Assembly: GCA_009859145.1 (NCBI GenBank)
Contig: VRVR01000030.1
Span: 255,069 to 305,231 of the forward strand
DNA from: Andalucia godoyi And28
Lineage: Eukaryota; Protista; Jakobida
Direction of reading: 5' to 3'
DNA: 50,163 bases
The position numbers and the translations under genes were made by a program. A model generated the notes under the pieces. It saw nothing but the letters and a program-made list of their open reading frames with translations, was not told where the DNA came from and did no database searches. Shown in pieces: positions 41,545-50,163 of this stretch (positions within the stretch are counted from its first letter, which is position 1; each line of letters begins with the position of its first letter).

Positions 41545-44500
41545 CTATCGATTTGATAAGCTCGTTCGCGGTCTTGATAGTTTTTCTGCATTGGAAATTT
41601 GCAACTCTGCGACATTAGCCTCCAGTGCCTTGTTGCGAGACCGGAGCTGATCGATCAGCGACGACACGGGGTTTTCATGTCGGGGCCGACTTGATTGTTG
41701 AGATACAATCGGGCGACGTGCGGGTGTCAAGGACACTGTCGATGGTTGTAAAGGTTCCTGAAGTCTTGAAGTTTTGATGAACACTCGGTTGCCCGAGGAG
41801 CTCTTGCCCCTTCCCATAATGACCGGTTCGTGACCAGAGACGAAGGGATTGGAGTATCCGTACTCTTCCTCGAAAAGCGGCGCGTTCAGATGGTACTGAC
41901 GGTCGTTGCGCTTCACAGACGACGACGGTGACCCGACGGCTGCTTTTGCAGACTTCTGGCGCCTCTTGTTTCGTGACGATGCAGCCACCATCAACCCGTC
42001 TGGAGAGTCGTCTTCCATGTTCGCTGTCAAAGAAGAAGACAACGGAACAGCCAACAACCGTCCAGAAGAAGAGGAAGGTCGAAACTTAGAATGAGCGGAC
42101 TGGGGGCGACCTGAACTTCGAGGACGAGCTGACGGAGAGGTCTGACGTGCGTCCTCCTCCTGCTCACCCTCCCCTTTCTCGAGGGGCTTCGCCGCGGCTT
42201 TCGCTTGTGCAATTTTGTTGAGATTCACGTCGAAGTCCTGCCCCCAGTCTTCTGCAATGATGTCATCGAACTCATCATCCAGAACAAAATTGTCATCGCC
42301 TCGAGCGCTGTCATCCGCATGAGAATCCGGAGACCTTGAAACTGCCTCCATGGAGGCAGGAAGGAGAGTAGCAGCATCTGAGGCTTCCGAAACATCCTCT
42401 GCAGACCCCACAGAGGACAGCGATGCAGCAGAGTTGGACGACTGCGGACGTCTTGATTCTCCAGCGTTGGCGGAGTCCGCGCTGAATTCATCTTCTTCGG
42501 AAACAAACAATCCTCCACGACTCAGCAACCTCTTCCTTCCTTCCGAGACTGACGCAGATTCTCCTCTTGACGGCACCCGTTGATCCTCTTTCAAAAACTC
42601 TCGCTGCTCTCCTGATCTGTTCAATCGGGAGACCGAATTCGGTCTCCAAGCTGCACGGACAGACGACCTGTGCTCCAACACCACATTTTCCTGGAAGCTG
42701 TCTCCCGGAGATCTATGAGACGACGGGCCATCGCCGGAAAGAATCTTGCGATGTTCCAAGTCCAAAGCCTCCGGAGGAGGGCGCTGGCGAGACGGGGGAC
42801 GCGAGAACACTTTCCCCGCTTCCGCGGCCAACCCGGTTGTTTTTGCCGCCGAAGCCGTTGCAGTGCCGATGCGCAGCGGGTCTGAAGGTGCGTCATTGCT
42901 GGAAGACACTGATCGGGCATGCGCACTGGCCACCCGTCTCTCCTTGTTCTTACCATGCGACGCAGCGGATACGTTTTCTGGCTTTGCGGCATTGCCAAAG
43001 GTAACAGTCGTGTCAACCACGCGAAGATGCCGTGGAAATACGGAAAAGACCTGGATGCGGACAGTATGACCATAAAGGTCCTCCGGAGAGTCCACCCATC
43101 CAAAATCGTTGACGCAATCCATGATGGACCGATCAGGTTCTGAGAAAATAATCTCGCTCCTTGCGTTCACGCGAACGTTTCGATACACATATGTTGCATG
43201 GCGAGAGTCTGTGACGTCTGTGACGTGAACATCGAATTTCCAATCCTCCACAGACGTGGAGTGGCGTATTTTGACATAAAGGAAGTAGAACTCCCTCTTT
43301 GTTCGGTGCGCAACGTCAGAGTCTGCATCCGATGATTTTTCAGAGTTTGTTTTTCGAGAGGAGGAGGCAATGGATGCCGAGGACGATTGCGGCCGCGCAG
43401 ACGACAGGAATCGCGATTCTGCATCTTCAAGACCAGATGGTGGTGATCCATTGTTTTGCTGCGCACCTAATGAGGACGCAACAATAGATCTGCGCTTGCG
43501 ATCGGCGTCCTCCGCCAACGTCGACCGTCTCTTCGTCGGGTACAGGGACGAATGATCGTCCACAGTGGATTTGTTCTTCTCTTCCACGTACCCGTCCATA
43601 GAGGTCCAATCCCGGGTGTCCACAGGTCTGGTATCCATGGCGGGCGTTGGACCAGCGGTATGCAGCGCTGCAAAGGGCGGGACGAAGTGTCCAGAAGGCA
43701 CAACACCTGATGCAGTAAGGAGATTTCCCGAAGAACTGAAAGGGCTTGCAGTGCCGCCGCCAAGCGTAGACGGGAGTTCTGCGGGGCCGCCGGATGAAGC
43801 CAGCGACTTTGTTGCCGACATTGCCGCGCGGAATGCAGCCATTGAGGCGGAAGGCTTCCTTTGCAATCCCCCTAGATGGGATTGTGGCTGATTGAACAAC
43901 TGCGGCATCAAACTCCCCGAATCCGAGTCCACGGAATGGAAATTCGGCGGAGGAAGCGCCGACGGATTTGAGCTCGACAGCATGGAGTCCCACATCGCAG
44001 ACTCGACATATCCTGTTCTTGACTGCACATCATGCTCAATCCCTTGCCACGCAGATGTCTCCATGTCCTGCATCAAGTCTCGAATTCGCTTTCCGCCCAC
44101 AGAAGAAGCCGGTCTCGCCGCCGGGGCATCCATAGTCGCCGATGGCGGTCGTGACGAAATCTTCAATCGCAGTTGCTCTGAACTCGAAGCAGTATCCGGC
44201 CGGTTCGCCCTTCGAACGCGGGTTGGAGAAAAATTGCGAACCCCGACCGGCTGCAGCATCTCGTCCATTTCTTCCGTCTCAATGTCGTCTGTGATTTCCA
44301 CGGGCTTTGCAATGGACGTCTCCGTCACGGTCGCGGTTTCCTCAACTTTTTGGACCCTTTCGGCGTCAAGAATGTTTCGTGCAACCGCAGTATCGCCTTT
44401 AACAGAATCCGCATAGCGATGGCGCGGAGTCTTGCCCTTGACAAAAATCGGGAACGGGACCAGTGGATCAAAGAATGCGTCCATTGTCCTTTCCCGCTCC

Positions 44501-44568
44501 TCCAAGGTCCTCAGGGCTTGCTCTATCTTTGTGAGGCTCATGCTCACGTGTGCGTGGTATGTCGTCAA
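41545..44568 (-). CDS. Large, mostly disordered Ser-rich hypothetical protein (about 1000 aa) with one beta-rich island and a C-terminal coiled coil
   Basis: 3-kb uninterrupted ORF; no family recognised; start 44568 or 44541. Confidence 0.8.
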   Translation of the reverse strand: MTTYHAHVSMSLTKIEQALRTLEERERTMDAFFDPLVPFPIFVKGKTPRHRYADSVKGDTAVARNILDAERVQKVEETATVTETSIAKPVEITDDIETEEMDEMLQPVGVRNFSPTRVRRANRPDTASSSEQLRLKISSRPPSATMDAPAARPASSVGGKRIRDLMQDMETSAWQGIEHDVQSRTGYVESAMWDSMLSSSNPSALPPPNFHSVDSDSGSLMPQLFNQPQSHLGGLQRKPSASMAAFRAAMSATKSLASSGGPAELPSTLGGGTASPFSSSGNLLTASGVVPSGHFVPPFAALHTAGPTPAMDTRPVDTRDWTSMDGYVEEKNKSTVDDHSSLYPTKRRSTLAEDADRKRRSIVASSLGAQQNNGSPPSGLEDAESRFLSSARPQSSSASIASSSRKTNSEKSSDADSDVAHRTKREFYFLYVKIRHSTSVEDWKFDVHVTDVTDSRHATYVYRNVRVNARSEIIFSEPDRSIMDCVNDFGWVDSPEDLYGHTVRIQVFSVFPRHLRVVDTTVTFGNAAKPENVSAASHGKNKERRVASAHARSVSSSNDAPSDPLRIGTATASAAKTTGLAAEAGKVFSRPPSRQRPPPEALDLEHRKILSGDGPSSHRSPGDSFQENVVLEHRSSVRAAWRPNSVSRLNRSGEQREFLKEDQRVPSRGESASVSEGRKRLLSRGGLFVSEEDEFSADSANAGESRRPQSSNSAASLSSVGSAEDVSEASDAATLLPASMEAVSRSPDSHADDSARGDDNFVLDDEFDDIIAEDWGQDFDVNLNKIAQAKAAAKPLEKGEGEQEEDARQTSPSARPRSSGRPQSAHSKFRPSSSSGRLLAVPLSSSLTANMEDDSPDGLMVAASSRNKRRQKSAKAAVGSPSSSVKRNDRQYHLNAPLFEEEYGYSNPFVSGHEPVIMGRGKSSSGNRVFIKTSRLQEPLQPSTVSLTPARRPIVSQQSSRPRHENPVSSLIDQLRSRNKALEANVAELQISNAEKLSRPRTSLSNR

Positions 44569-45193
44569 TCACTACGCTGCGGCTGATCTAGTCAACGACA
44601 CGAAGAACCTGAAAGTCCGTTCGTCTTTTGTATTTACTTTTTCTGCTCCCTTGTCAGAACGGCCCTTTCTGCTCCGGCCCAGTTTTTTTATAATTACGAC
44701 GTTCTATTCCCATCCGACGAATAGGACCGGACCCCCCCCCCCCCCCCGGAAAAGCCAGTAAGATCATAATTGCCTACAGCAGGCGTTATCCCGGTGGTGC
44801 TTGCGAGGAGGGTTTCTACTTTTTTAAAATCACAGTAGCAGATTTTAATTTTTTTTTGTGAGAGTTTGCGAAATCACGAATTGAAAAAATGATGATAAAA
44901 TAACAAAAGAAATCGACAATCGGAATGGAGAAACTAAATATTTAAATTTAAATTAAAAAAAAAAAAAACAAGGAAAAAAGAATCATTTAATAATAAGAAG
45001 CAACAAGAAATGAAAAAATTAGCACAAAGCAGCTGTGTTTACAAGAACACAGGCGAACCCTACTTCTTTTGCAGCACAGATTGCAGAACCAGTTTTTTTG
45101 AGACAGGCGTGCGGCAGAAATCGAGCTTCCTCACAAGAAAGCACCACCACGATTACCCCACCCCCCCAAAAAAAAACAAAAAAACTGCACTCC

Positions 45194-45829
45194 TTACGCA
45201 GCCAAAGACAGGGAGGCTTTCGGGAGCTGGAAGGTCATTTCGAACCACGGACGCTGGCCCATATCGACGGCGGCCTGTCCAATGATCCGAAAGCCATGCT
45301 TCTCGTACATCTTGATGACTTTATCGTGTGCCAGGAGCGCGACTTCCTGGATTCCCGAAAGTCTCGGGACCTTGTATGCGAGGTATGCTTTGAGCAACCA
45401 CGCTCCGATTCCTTTTCCACGCAGCTCGGCTCTGACGGCAACCGAGTGGATGCAGAGTCTGCGTCCACCCTCGTCATGAGACTTCATGACATCCGACGTG
45501 ATGCACGAAGCAGCCGAGCGAGAAGACGAGATGAACGCAACGATACGCTTGGAGCGCACGTCACGAGCCACTAGGAAATGATCTGGACAGCGCAGAATAC
45601 GGTCCAAAAACACATGCTCCTGAGTGGCCTCGTCCGCGGAAAAGGACTCGCGCTCGATCTGAACAATATCGTCCAGATCTTTCAAGGTCACAGGGTTAAA
45701 GTCAAGGAAGAGGCCAATGGGTCCTTCGAAAGGCACTGGGACAGTGACTGGGACCGGGACAGAAGGCGCAAGAAGAAAGTTCTGTCCAACGACATTGGGG
45801 AGAGCAACACAGAGATCTGCGGCGACCAT
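45194..45829 (-). CDS. GNAT N-acetyltransferase, AANAT/Paa1-like
   Basis: IERESFSADEA, LCIHSVAVRAELRGKGIG (motif A), MYEKHGF, WFEM. Confidence 0.88.
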   Translation of the reverse strand: MVAADLCVALPNVVGQNFLLAPSVPVPVTVPVPFEGPIGLFLDFNPVTLKDLDDIVQIERESFSADEATQEHVFLDRILRCPDHFLVARDVRSKRIVAFISSSRSAASCITSDVMKSHDEGGRRLCIHSVAVRAELRGKGIGAWLLKAYLAYKVPRLSGIQEVALLAHDKVIKMYEKHGFRIIGQAAVDMGQRPWFEMTFQLPKASLSLAA

Positions 45830-46310
45830 GGTGAATTCAGTTCAGCGGAGGTAGTAGGGGAAATAAAGGGGTTGACCATCAAGAAACGGAATGTCAAGTA
45901 TGGGGACGTCAGCTTTATCTTCAGAGGTTCTTTAAAATCCAAACACTTGTAGTGGTTTTGAAGGAAAATGACGAACACGATGAGAAGCGCTTGGAATCGA
46001 GTGCACTAGGAGAACGAACCTTTGTCTTGTTTTGGGATACGAAAAAGGAGGAGAGGAAGAAGAGAGAGAAAACAGGAAAAGGAAAACGAAAAGGAAAAGG
46101 AAAAGGAAACAGGAATAAAAATAAGCGAGTGTGAGCCTTAAATACGAGTAAAATTGTCCGCTAAAAAAATAAAAAGGTGAACCTGGTTGCCGAAGTCAGT
46201 TGAGCTGGCAACTGGAAGGTAAGATTACCGCATGTGGTAAGATTCGGGTTGCAGTGTGCTGACGTCACATGTCACACATAGTCAATGGTCACCCATCCGA
46301 AGGGAATCCT

Positions 46311-46324
46311 GCATCACGTGATGC
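46311..46324. promoter_or_regulatory. 14-bp palindrome GCATCACGTGATGC, copy 2; TGACGTCA at 46260-46267 nearby
   Basis: Seen directly; about 203 nt upstream of the urea transporter ATG. Confidence 0.55.
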
Positions 46325-46526
46325 TGCGGTGGCGGCCTTTCCTTTTTTGGACAGCAAGACTGCAGGAGATTCCGCTGACACCTGGAAGGGGCGGCGAAAT
46401 CCCCGACCGTCGTTATCGCTCTGGTCCTGCATCGCTGTTTTCTTTTAAAGGAGGGGATGTCTAGGCGCTGGTCTCCGTTTGACAGTCTGCCCTCCCATTT
46501 TGACTTCCAAAGCAACAACAACAACA

Positions 46527-49199
46527 ATGCATTCAATGCCTTTCGCAAGAGAGCCCCGCATTTCCATGTCTGCCGATGATGGCGTGAACGAGACGGACGA
46601 ACTGCGAGTATACGGCACATTCGGAATCCAGTCCAGCGAAAAGACGCTTGGAGAACAGCAGAACTCTGGATTTCTTCCGCCCTCGCAGACGTCTCAGAAC
46701 TGGAAATCCGTTAGCGATCGAAAGACTTCCAAGGGACCAAAGAAGTCGGTCAGACAGCGGGCGTTTCTCCGGCTGCAGGATTTTGGCGGAACTGCCTCAA
46801 GACTCCAGATGACGAATGCATCTTCCTACTTTGCATTCGTGTTTGTCGACACTGCCTTGCGAGGAATCTCTCAGGTTTTCTTCGTAAGCAACCCGCTGAC
46901 AGGAATTCTGTTCGTTGCCGGTATTGCTATTGAATCGTGGTATCTGGCGGTGGCGTGCTTGATTGGTGCCGTATCCTCCACGGTTTCTGCATACTTTTTC
47001 GAGCTGGACAAAGGATCCACGCAGTCCGGCTTATTCGGATACTCAGGGGTCCTGACTGCAATGGCAGTGGCGTTCTTTTCGTTTGGAGACAAGAGCGACC
47101 CTTTTCCGGCTCCGCAGATTTTTGTGCCGCTCGTGTTCCTCCCTGTGTTTGCAACCATCTGCACAGTGGCGTTCGGATCCTTCTTTGCTGGAAAGCTTGG
47201 AATTCCTCCTTTCACATTCCCTTTTCAAGTTGTGACCTGGACGTGGCTGCTCTTTGCGCAGGCTTCGCTGTACTTTCAGAACAATGGGAATATTCTGGCT
47301 CCTCGTTCTCCGCCGGCGTTCACTTCGATGAGCACAGCCGCCGCGCTGACGTATGATGGTTCGGAAGTCGTTAGGTCATTCTTCACGAGCGTTTCGCAAG
47401 TATTTTTCCTCGAGAATCCATATTCGGGAGCTGTTATGCTTCTCGGGATTGCAGTATCTTCTCCCATTATGTCCGCCGCAGCGCTGGGTGGAACCGTCTT
47501 GGGGGTGCTGTTTGCAATGGGTTTGGGGATCGCGCCGGCACCTATTTATGCGGGGCTTTGGGGTTATAATCAATGTCTTTCTGCGATTGCCATTGGTGGG
47601 CTGTTTTTCGTACCCCAAGGTACGAAGACACTGGTGATGTACGTGCTTTGCATCTTGTTCACGACACTCATTCACGGAGCAGTTGCATCATACCTTGTGC
47701 TTTTTGCTCTTCCTGCACTAACATTCCCGTTTACCATGGCGTCTTGGATCTTTTGCCTGCTGGGTGGAGCGGCAAAGGGCATCGTGGCCGTAGAGCTTTC
47801 TGCGGTGTCTGTTCCGGAAGATCATCGCCGCCGATTCCTTCTTTCTGCATTCGTTTTCAGAACGTTCAATTCCATCAGACTTGCTCACTCTTTTGTCGGG
47901 AACCAGATTCGGAAAGAAGATCTGCGATCCATCGAGAACGACATTGTGCCAGTTCTGACGTGCACGTGGGCAGCACACGGCTGCTTTGCAAAAATTCAAA
48001 AACTCAGAGATGTTGGCGTGGACTGCAGCATTCCAGATTATGACCTCCGTACTCCTCTTCATTTGGCTTGTTGCGAAGGGCACAACAAGATCGCCGAAGT
48101 TTTGCTGAAGCGATTTTACGTGCCGATTTCAGTCGATAAATTCGGAAATTCTCCACTGATGGATGCCATTTTCCACGGCCAGAGCAATATCGTTCGAATG
48201 TTTGTCAGTCACGGAGTTCGCGTCCAGGGAATTCGCGAGGAAACGCTCGGATTTTGGCTCTGCGCAGCGGCATACGAAGGAGAGTGGCAGTTTATTCGGC
48301 TTTGTTTGAGTGCTGGAGTCAATGTGAATTCTCTCGACTACGACTCTCGATCAGCGCTGTCGCTGGCGGTATCGGCGAACCGAAGCAGCATCGTCCCATA
48401 CCTGCTGGCGTGCGGCGCGAATCCTTACCTGCGAGATCGGTTTGGAAAGTGCCCCATTGATGAAGCGGCTTCGCAGGAAATGAAGCAGATGCTGCAAGCT
48501 CGTCATTCAAACGTCCAAACCACCACGGACAACCTTGCCCGCTTGTCGGAATCAATAGATGCGCAGAGTTCAGCTGGATTGCCAATGGTGAGCAGTGCTG
48601 ATGGTTCTGATGACGGTGCAGAGGGACAGATGGATGAGATGTCTGTTATTATCACCACACTGCTTTGCACAAAGGCATCCAGCGATGACGTCCCTGGAAT
48701 CCAATCCTTGCTTACAAGCCACCAACGGCATGGTAGTCTGGTAAGCAGCACTGACTATGACGGCCGAACACCGCTGCATGTTGCGTGTTCGCGAGGTTCG
48801 TCGAATGCTGTGCGATTTCTTCTTGAAAATGGTGCAAACGCACTTGCAGTGGATCGTTGGGGACGTACCCCGCTTTACGAAGCTGCCTATTCTGGGCATG
48901 CAGAGGCAGTCCTCAGCATCCTCAGTCATGCGGATAATGCTGCGTATTCAGATGCTTTCGTTTCAAAGGAGAAACTCGGATTCACCAAGTACTACCGGTT
49001 GGTACACGAAATTTGCATGCTGGCTTCATCTGGGAATTCTAAACTCTTGGATTTGCTCTTCCGTCACGGAGTAATTCCAAAAGACATTTGCGATTATGAC
49101 CAACGTACACCACTGCACATTGCAGCTTCTCTTGGGCATCGTGAGGTAGTCAGTGTATTGTTGGACGCAGGAGTCATCCCGAATCCCATGGATCGGTGA
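46527..49199 (+). CDS. Urea transporter (UT/SLC14 family) fused to C-terminal ankyrin repeats; extends to TAG 49281-49283 if TGA 49197 is decoded
   Basis: LRGISQVFFVSNP, GLFGYSG, PPFTFPF, SQVFFLENP, GLWGYN, PALTFPF, VPEDHR; then DYDxRTPLH and DR(W/F)GxTPL ankyrins. Confidence 0.93.
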   Translation: MHSMPFAREPRISMSADDGVNETDELRVYGTFGIQSSEKTLGEQQNSGFLPPSQTSQNWKSVSDRKTSKGPKKSVRQRAFLRLQDFGGTASRLQMTNASSYFAFVFVDTALRGISQVFFVSNPLTGILFVAGIAIESWYLAVACLIGAVSSTVSAYFFELDKGSTQSGLFGYSGVLTAMAVAFFSFGDKSDPFPAPQIFVPLVFLPVFATICTVAFGSFFAGKLGIPPFTFPFQVVTWTWLLFAQASLYFQNNGNILAPRSPPAFTSMSTAAALTYDGSEVVRSFFTSVSQVFFLENPYSGAVMLLGIAVSSPIMSAAALGGTVLGVLFAMGLGIAPAPIYAGLWGYNQCLSAIAIGGLFFVPQGTKTLVMYVLCILFTTLIHGAVASYLVLFALPALTFPFTMASWIFCLLGGAAKGIVAVELSAVSVPEDHRRRFLLSAFVFRTFNSIRLAHSFVGNQIRKEDLRSIENDIVPVLTCTWAAHGCFAKIQKLRDVGVDCSIPDYDLRTPLHLACCEGHNKIAEVLLKRFYVPISVDKFGNSPLMDAIFHGQSNIVRMFVSHGVRVQGIREETLGFWLCAAAYEGEWQFIRLCLSAGVNVNSLDYDSRSALSLAVSANRSSIVPYLLACGANPYLRDRFGKCPIDEAASQEMKQMLQARHSNVQTTTDNLARLSESIDAQSSAGLPMVSSADGSDDGAEGQMDEMSVIITTLLCTKASSDDVPGIQSLLTSHQRHGSLVSSTDYDGRTPLHVACSRGSSNAVRFLLENGANALAVDRWGRTPLYEAAYSGHAEAVLSILSHADNAAYSDAFVSKEKLGFTKYYRLVHEICMLASSGNSKLLDLLFRHGVIPKDICDYDQRTPLHIAASLGHREVVSVLLDAGVIPNPMDR

Positions 49200-50163
49200 G
49201 GATCAACGCCACTTCAAAATGCGCTCACTATGGGATTCGAAGACATTGCAAGCATTCTTCAAAAATACGACATCATGACGTAGAATGAGTCCCGCGCGAG
49301 GGACGGGGACCTCAAAAAAAAAAAAAAAGAAACAATCTCGATTTGCTGTTCCGAAGGTTCTCTGAAGGGGATACCGCCACTATTATAAAGGCCGTGATCA
49401 GCGAAGAAGCAGCAAGCACGTTCGTCGACAAAATTCAAAACCATTGGGATCCGGTTCCACCCTAAAGTATCAATTCTCTAATGTGTGAATTTATGTCTTC
49501 TGTGTCGCACTTCTCAGCATCTGCAGTGCGACTGTTCTGTGCTTTGCACGGTCGATACATTGCTCGCCCTGACGCACACGCCTTTTACATGCTTATTTCA
49601 AACAACCGATACATCGGGAATCACAAGTGAGTGTACAGTTCAACGCTGTTGTCCTGAATTACGGAAATTCGAACATTGATCAATTGGGCACAAGGGGCGT
49701 TACGCAGCCAAACAGTTTCGTAATCGATGAAGCATGACCAATGCGCTTCGGAAAAAACGTCTTCCAGCAAAGATTCTTCTGGATGTTCAGACAAATACAA
49801 ATACGGAAAATAACCCGTTGTGTTGCATCACACCCAAGATTGCAGTCTATTCATTCTTTTCGCCTCAACCTCGCTTCATAACATCAATCTGCCTCTTATA
49901 TATTATGTACACATTGATCGAAAGATCTCAATAGCGAAAACATTCCTACTTTCGACCTCAACAATAGTGACAGTCCCTCTGTCGATCGTCGGTAGGGTTT
50001 GAACATATACGGAACACGGTCCACAGCACTTTTTCTGAGGTAATGCTGGGGACTGGTAGAGTCGCGGACGGCGAGCAATCTGGCAAAAGAAATTCTCTTG
50101 GGGACGACGCCGTTCAGGAGTTATACGTAAAATATTAATTACCTAATTCCCGACTACAGTCGC

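Noticed and set aside
44755-44826. Pol III ncRNA or U2-like sequence (TAAGATCA, ending in a T-run)
   Set aside because: No GTGTAGTA branch-pairing motif, no tRNA cloverleaf or A/B boxes
45010-45110. YHS/TRASH-like motif YFFCSTDCRTSF in the small + ORF
   Set aside because: It lacks the N-terminal DPVC half, no credible upstream exon was found, and the ORF runs antisense into the GNAT 3' end; likely chance
49196-49201. GTGAGG as an intron donor removing the TGA
   Set aside because: All four other donors are GTATG, the downstream sequence is A-rich rather than T-rich, and the unspliced frame already gives a well-formed ankyrin repeat
49284-49312. SECIS-like element (ATGA followed by a GTCCC/GGGAC hairpin) explaining the TGA as selenocysteine
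   Set aside because: The stem is only 5 bp with no apical AA and no kink-turn partner, and the TGA position is Trp/Phe, not Cys, in sister repeats
49578-49590. U5 snRNA loop I-like CGCCTTTTAC
   Set aside because: Flanks do not form the required stem and no Sm site or second stem is evident

Overview
Gene-dense, intron-poor eukaryotic nuclear DNA with about 27 protein-coding genes. Many genes sit in head-to-head pairs, separated by short spacers rich in homopolymers and microsatellites. The gene content (DRC12-like flagellar protein, katanin p80, Arp3, AP-4 beta, mitochondrial-type Grx5, GPI transamidase) suggests a free-living flagellated protist, but I cannot name the species from sequence alone. 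Four spliceosomal introns were reconstructed by hand (137-175 nt, all with GTATG donors). The most notable observations are five. (1) A urea transporter is fused to four tandem glutaminase-type three-ankyrin cassettes, and the last cassette is completed only by reading through an in-frame TGA at a conserved Trp position. (2) Two neighbouring RNA-metabolism genes (AIR1/2-like and a zinc-finger-less ZC3H15/Tma46) share a homologous C-terminal dsRBD-like domain not typical of either family. (3) A decayed Fanzor/TnpB-like nuclease remnant, absent as a recognisable whole from the ORF track, lies between katanin p80 and AP-4 beta. (4) There is an isochorismatase-AlkB-GST triple fusion, a longin+roadblock-like protein and a probable pseudo-kinesin. 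(5) An identical 14-bp palindrome occurs in two promoters. All family assignments come from motif recognition by eye; no database search was run.
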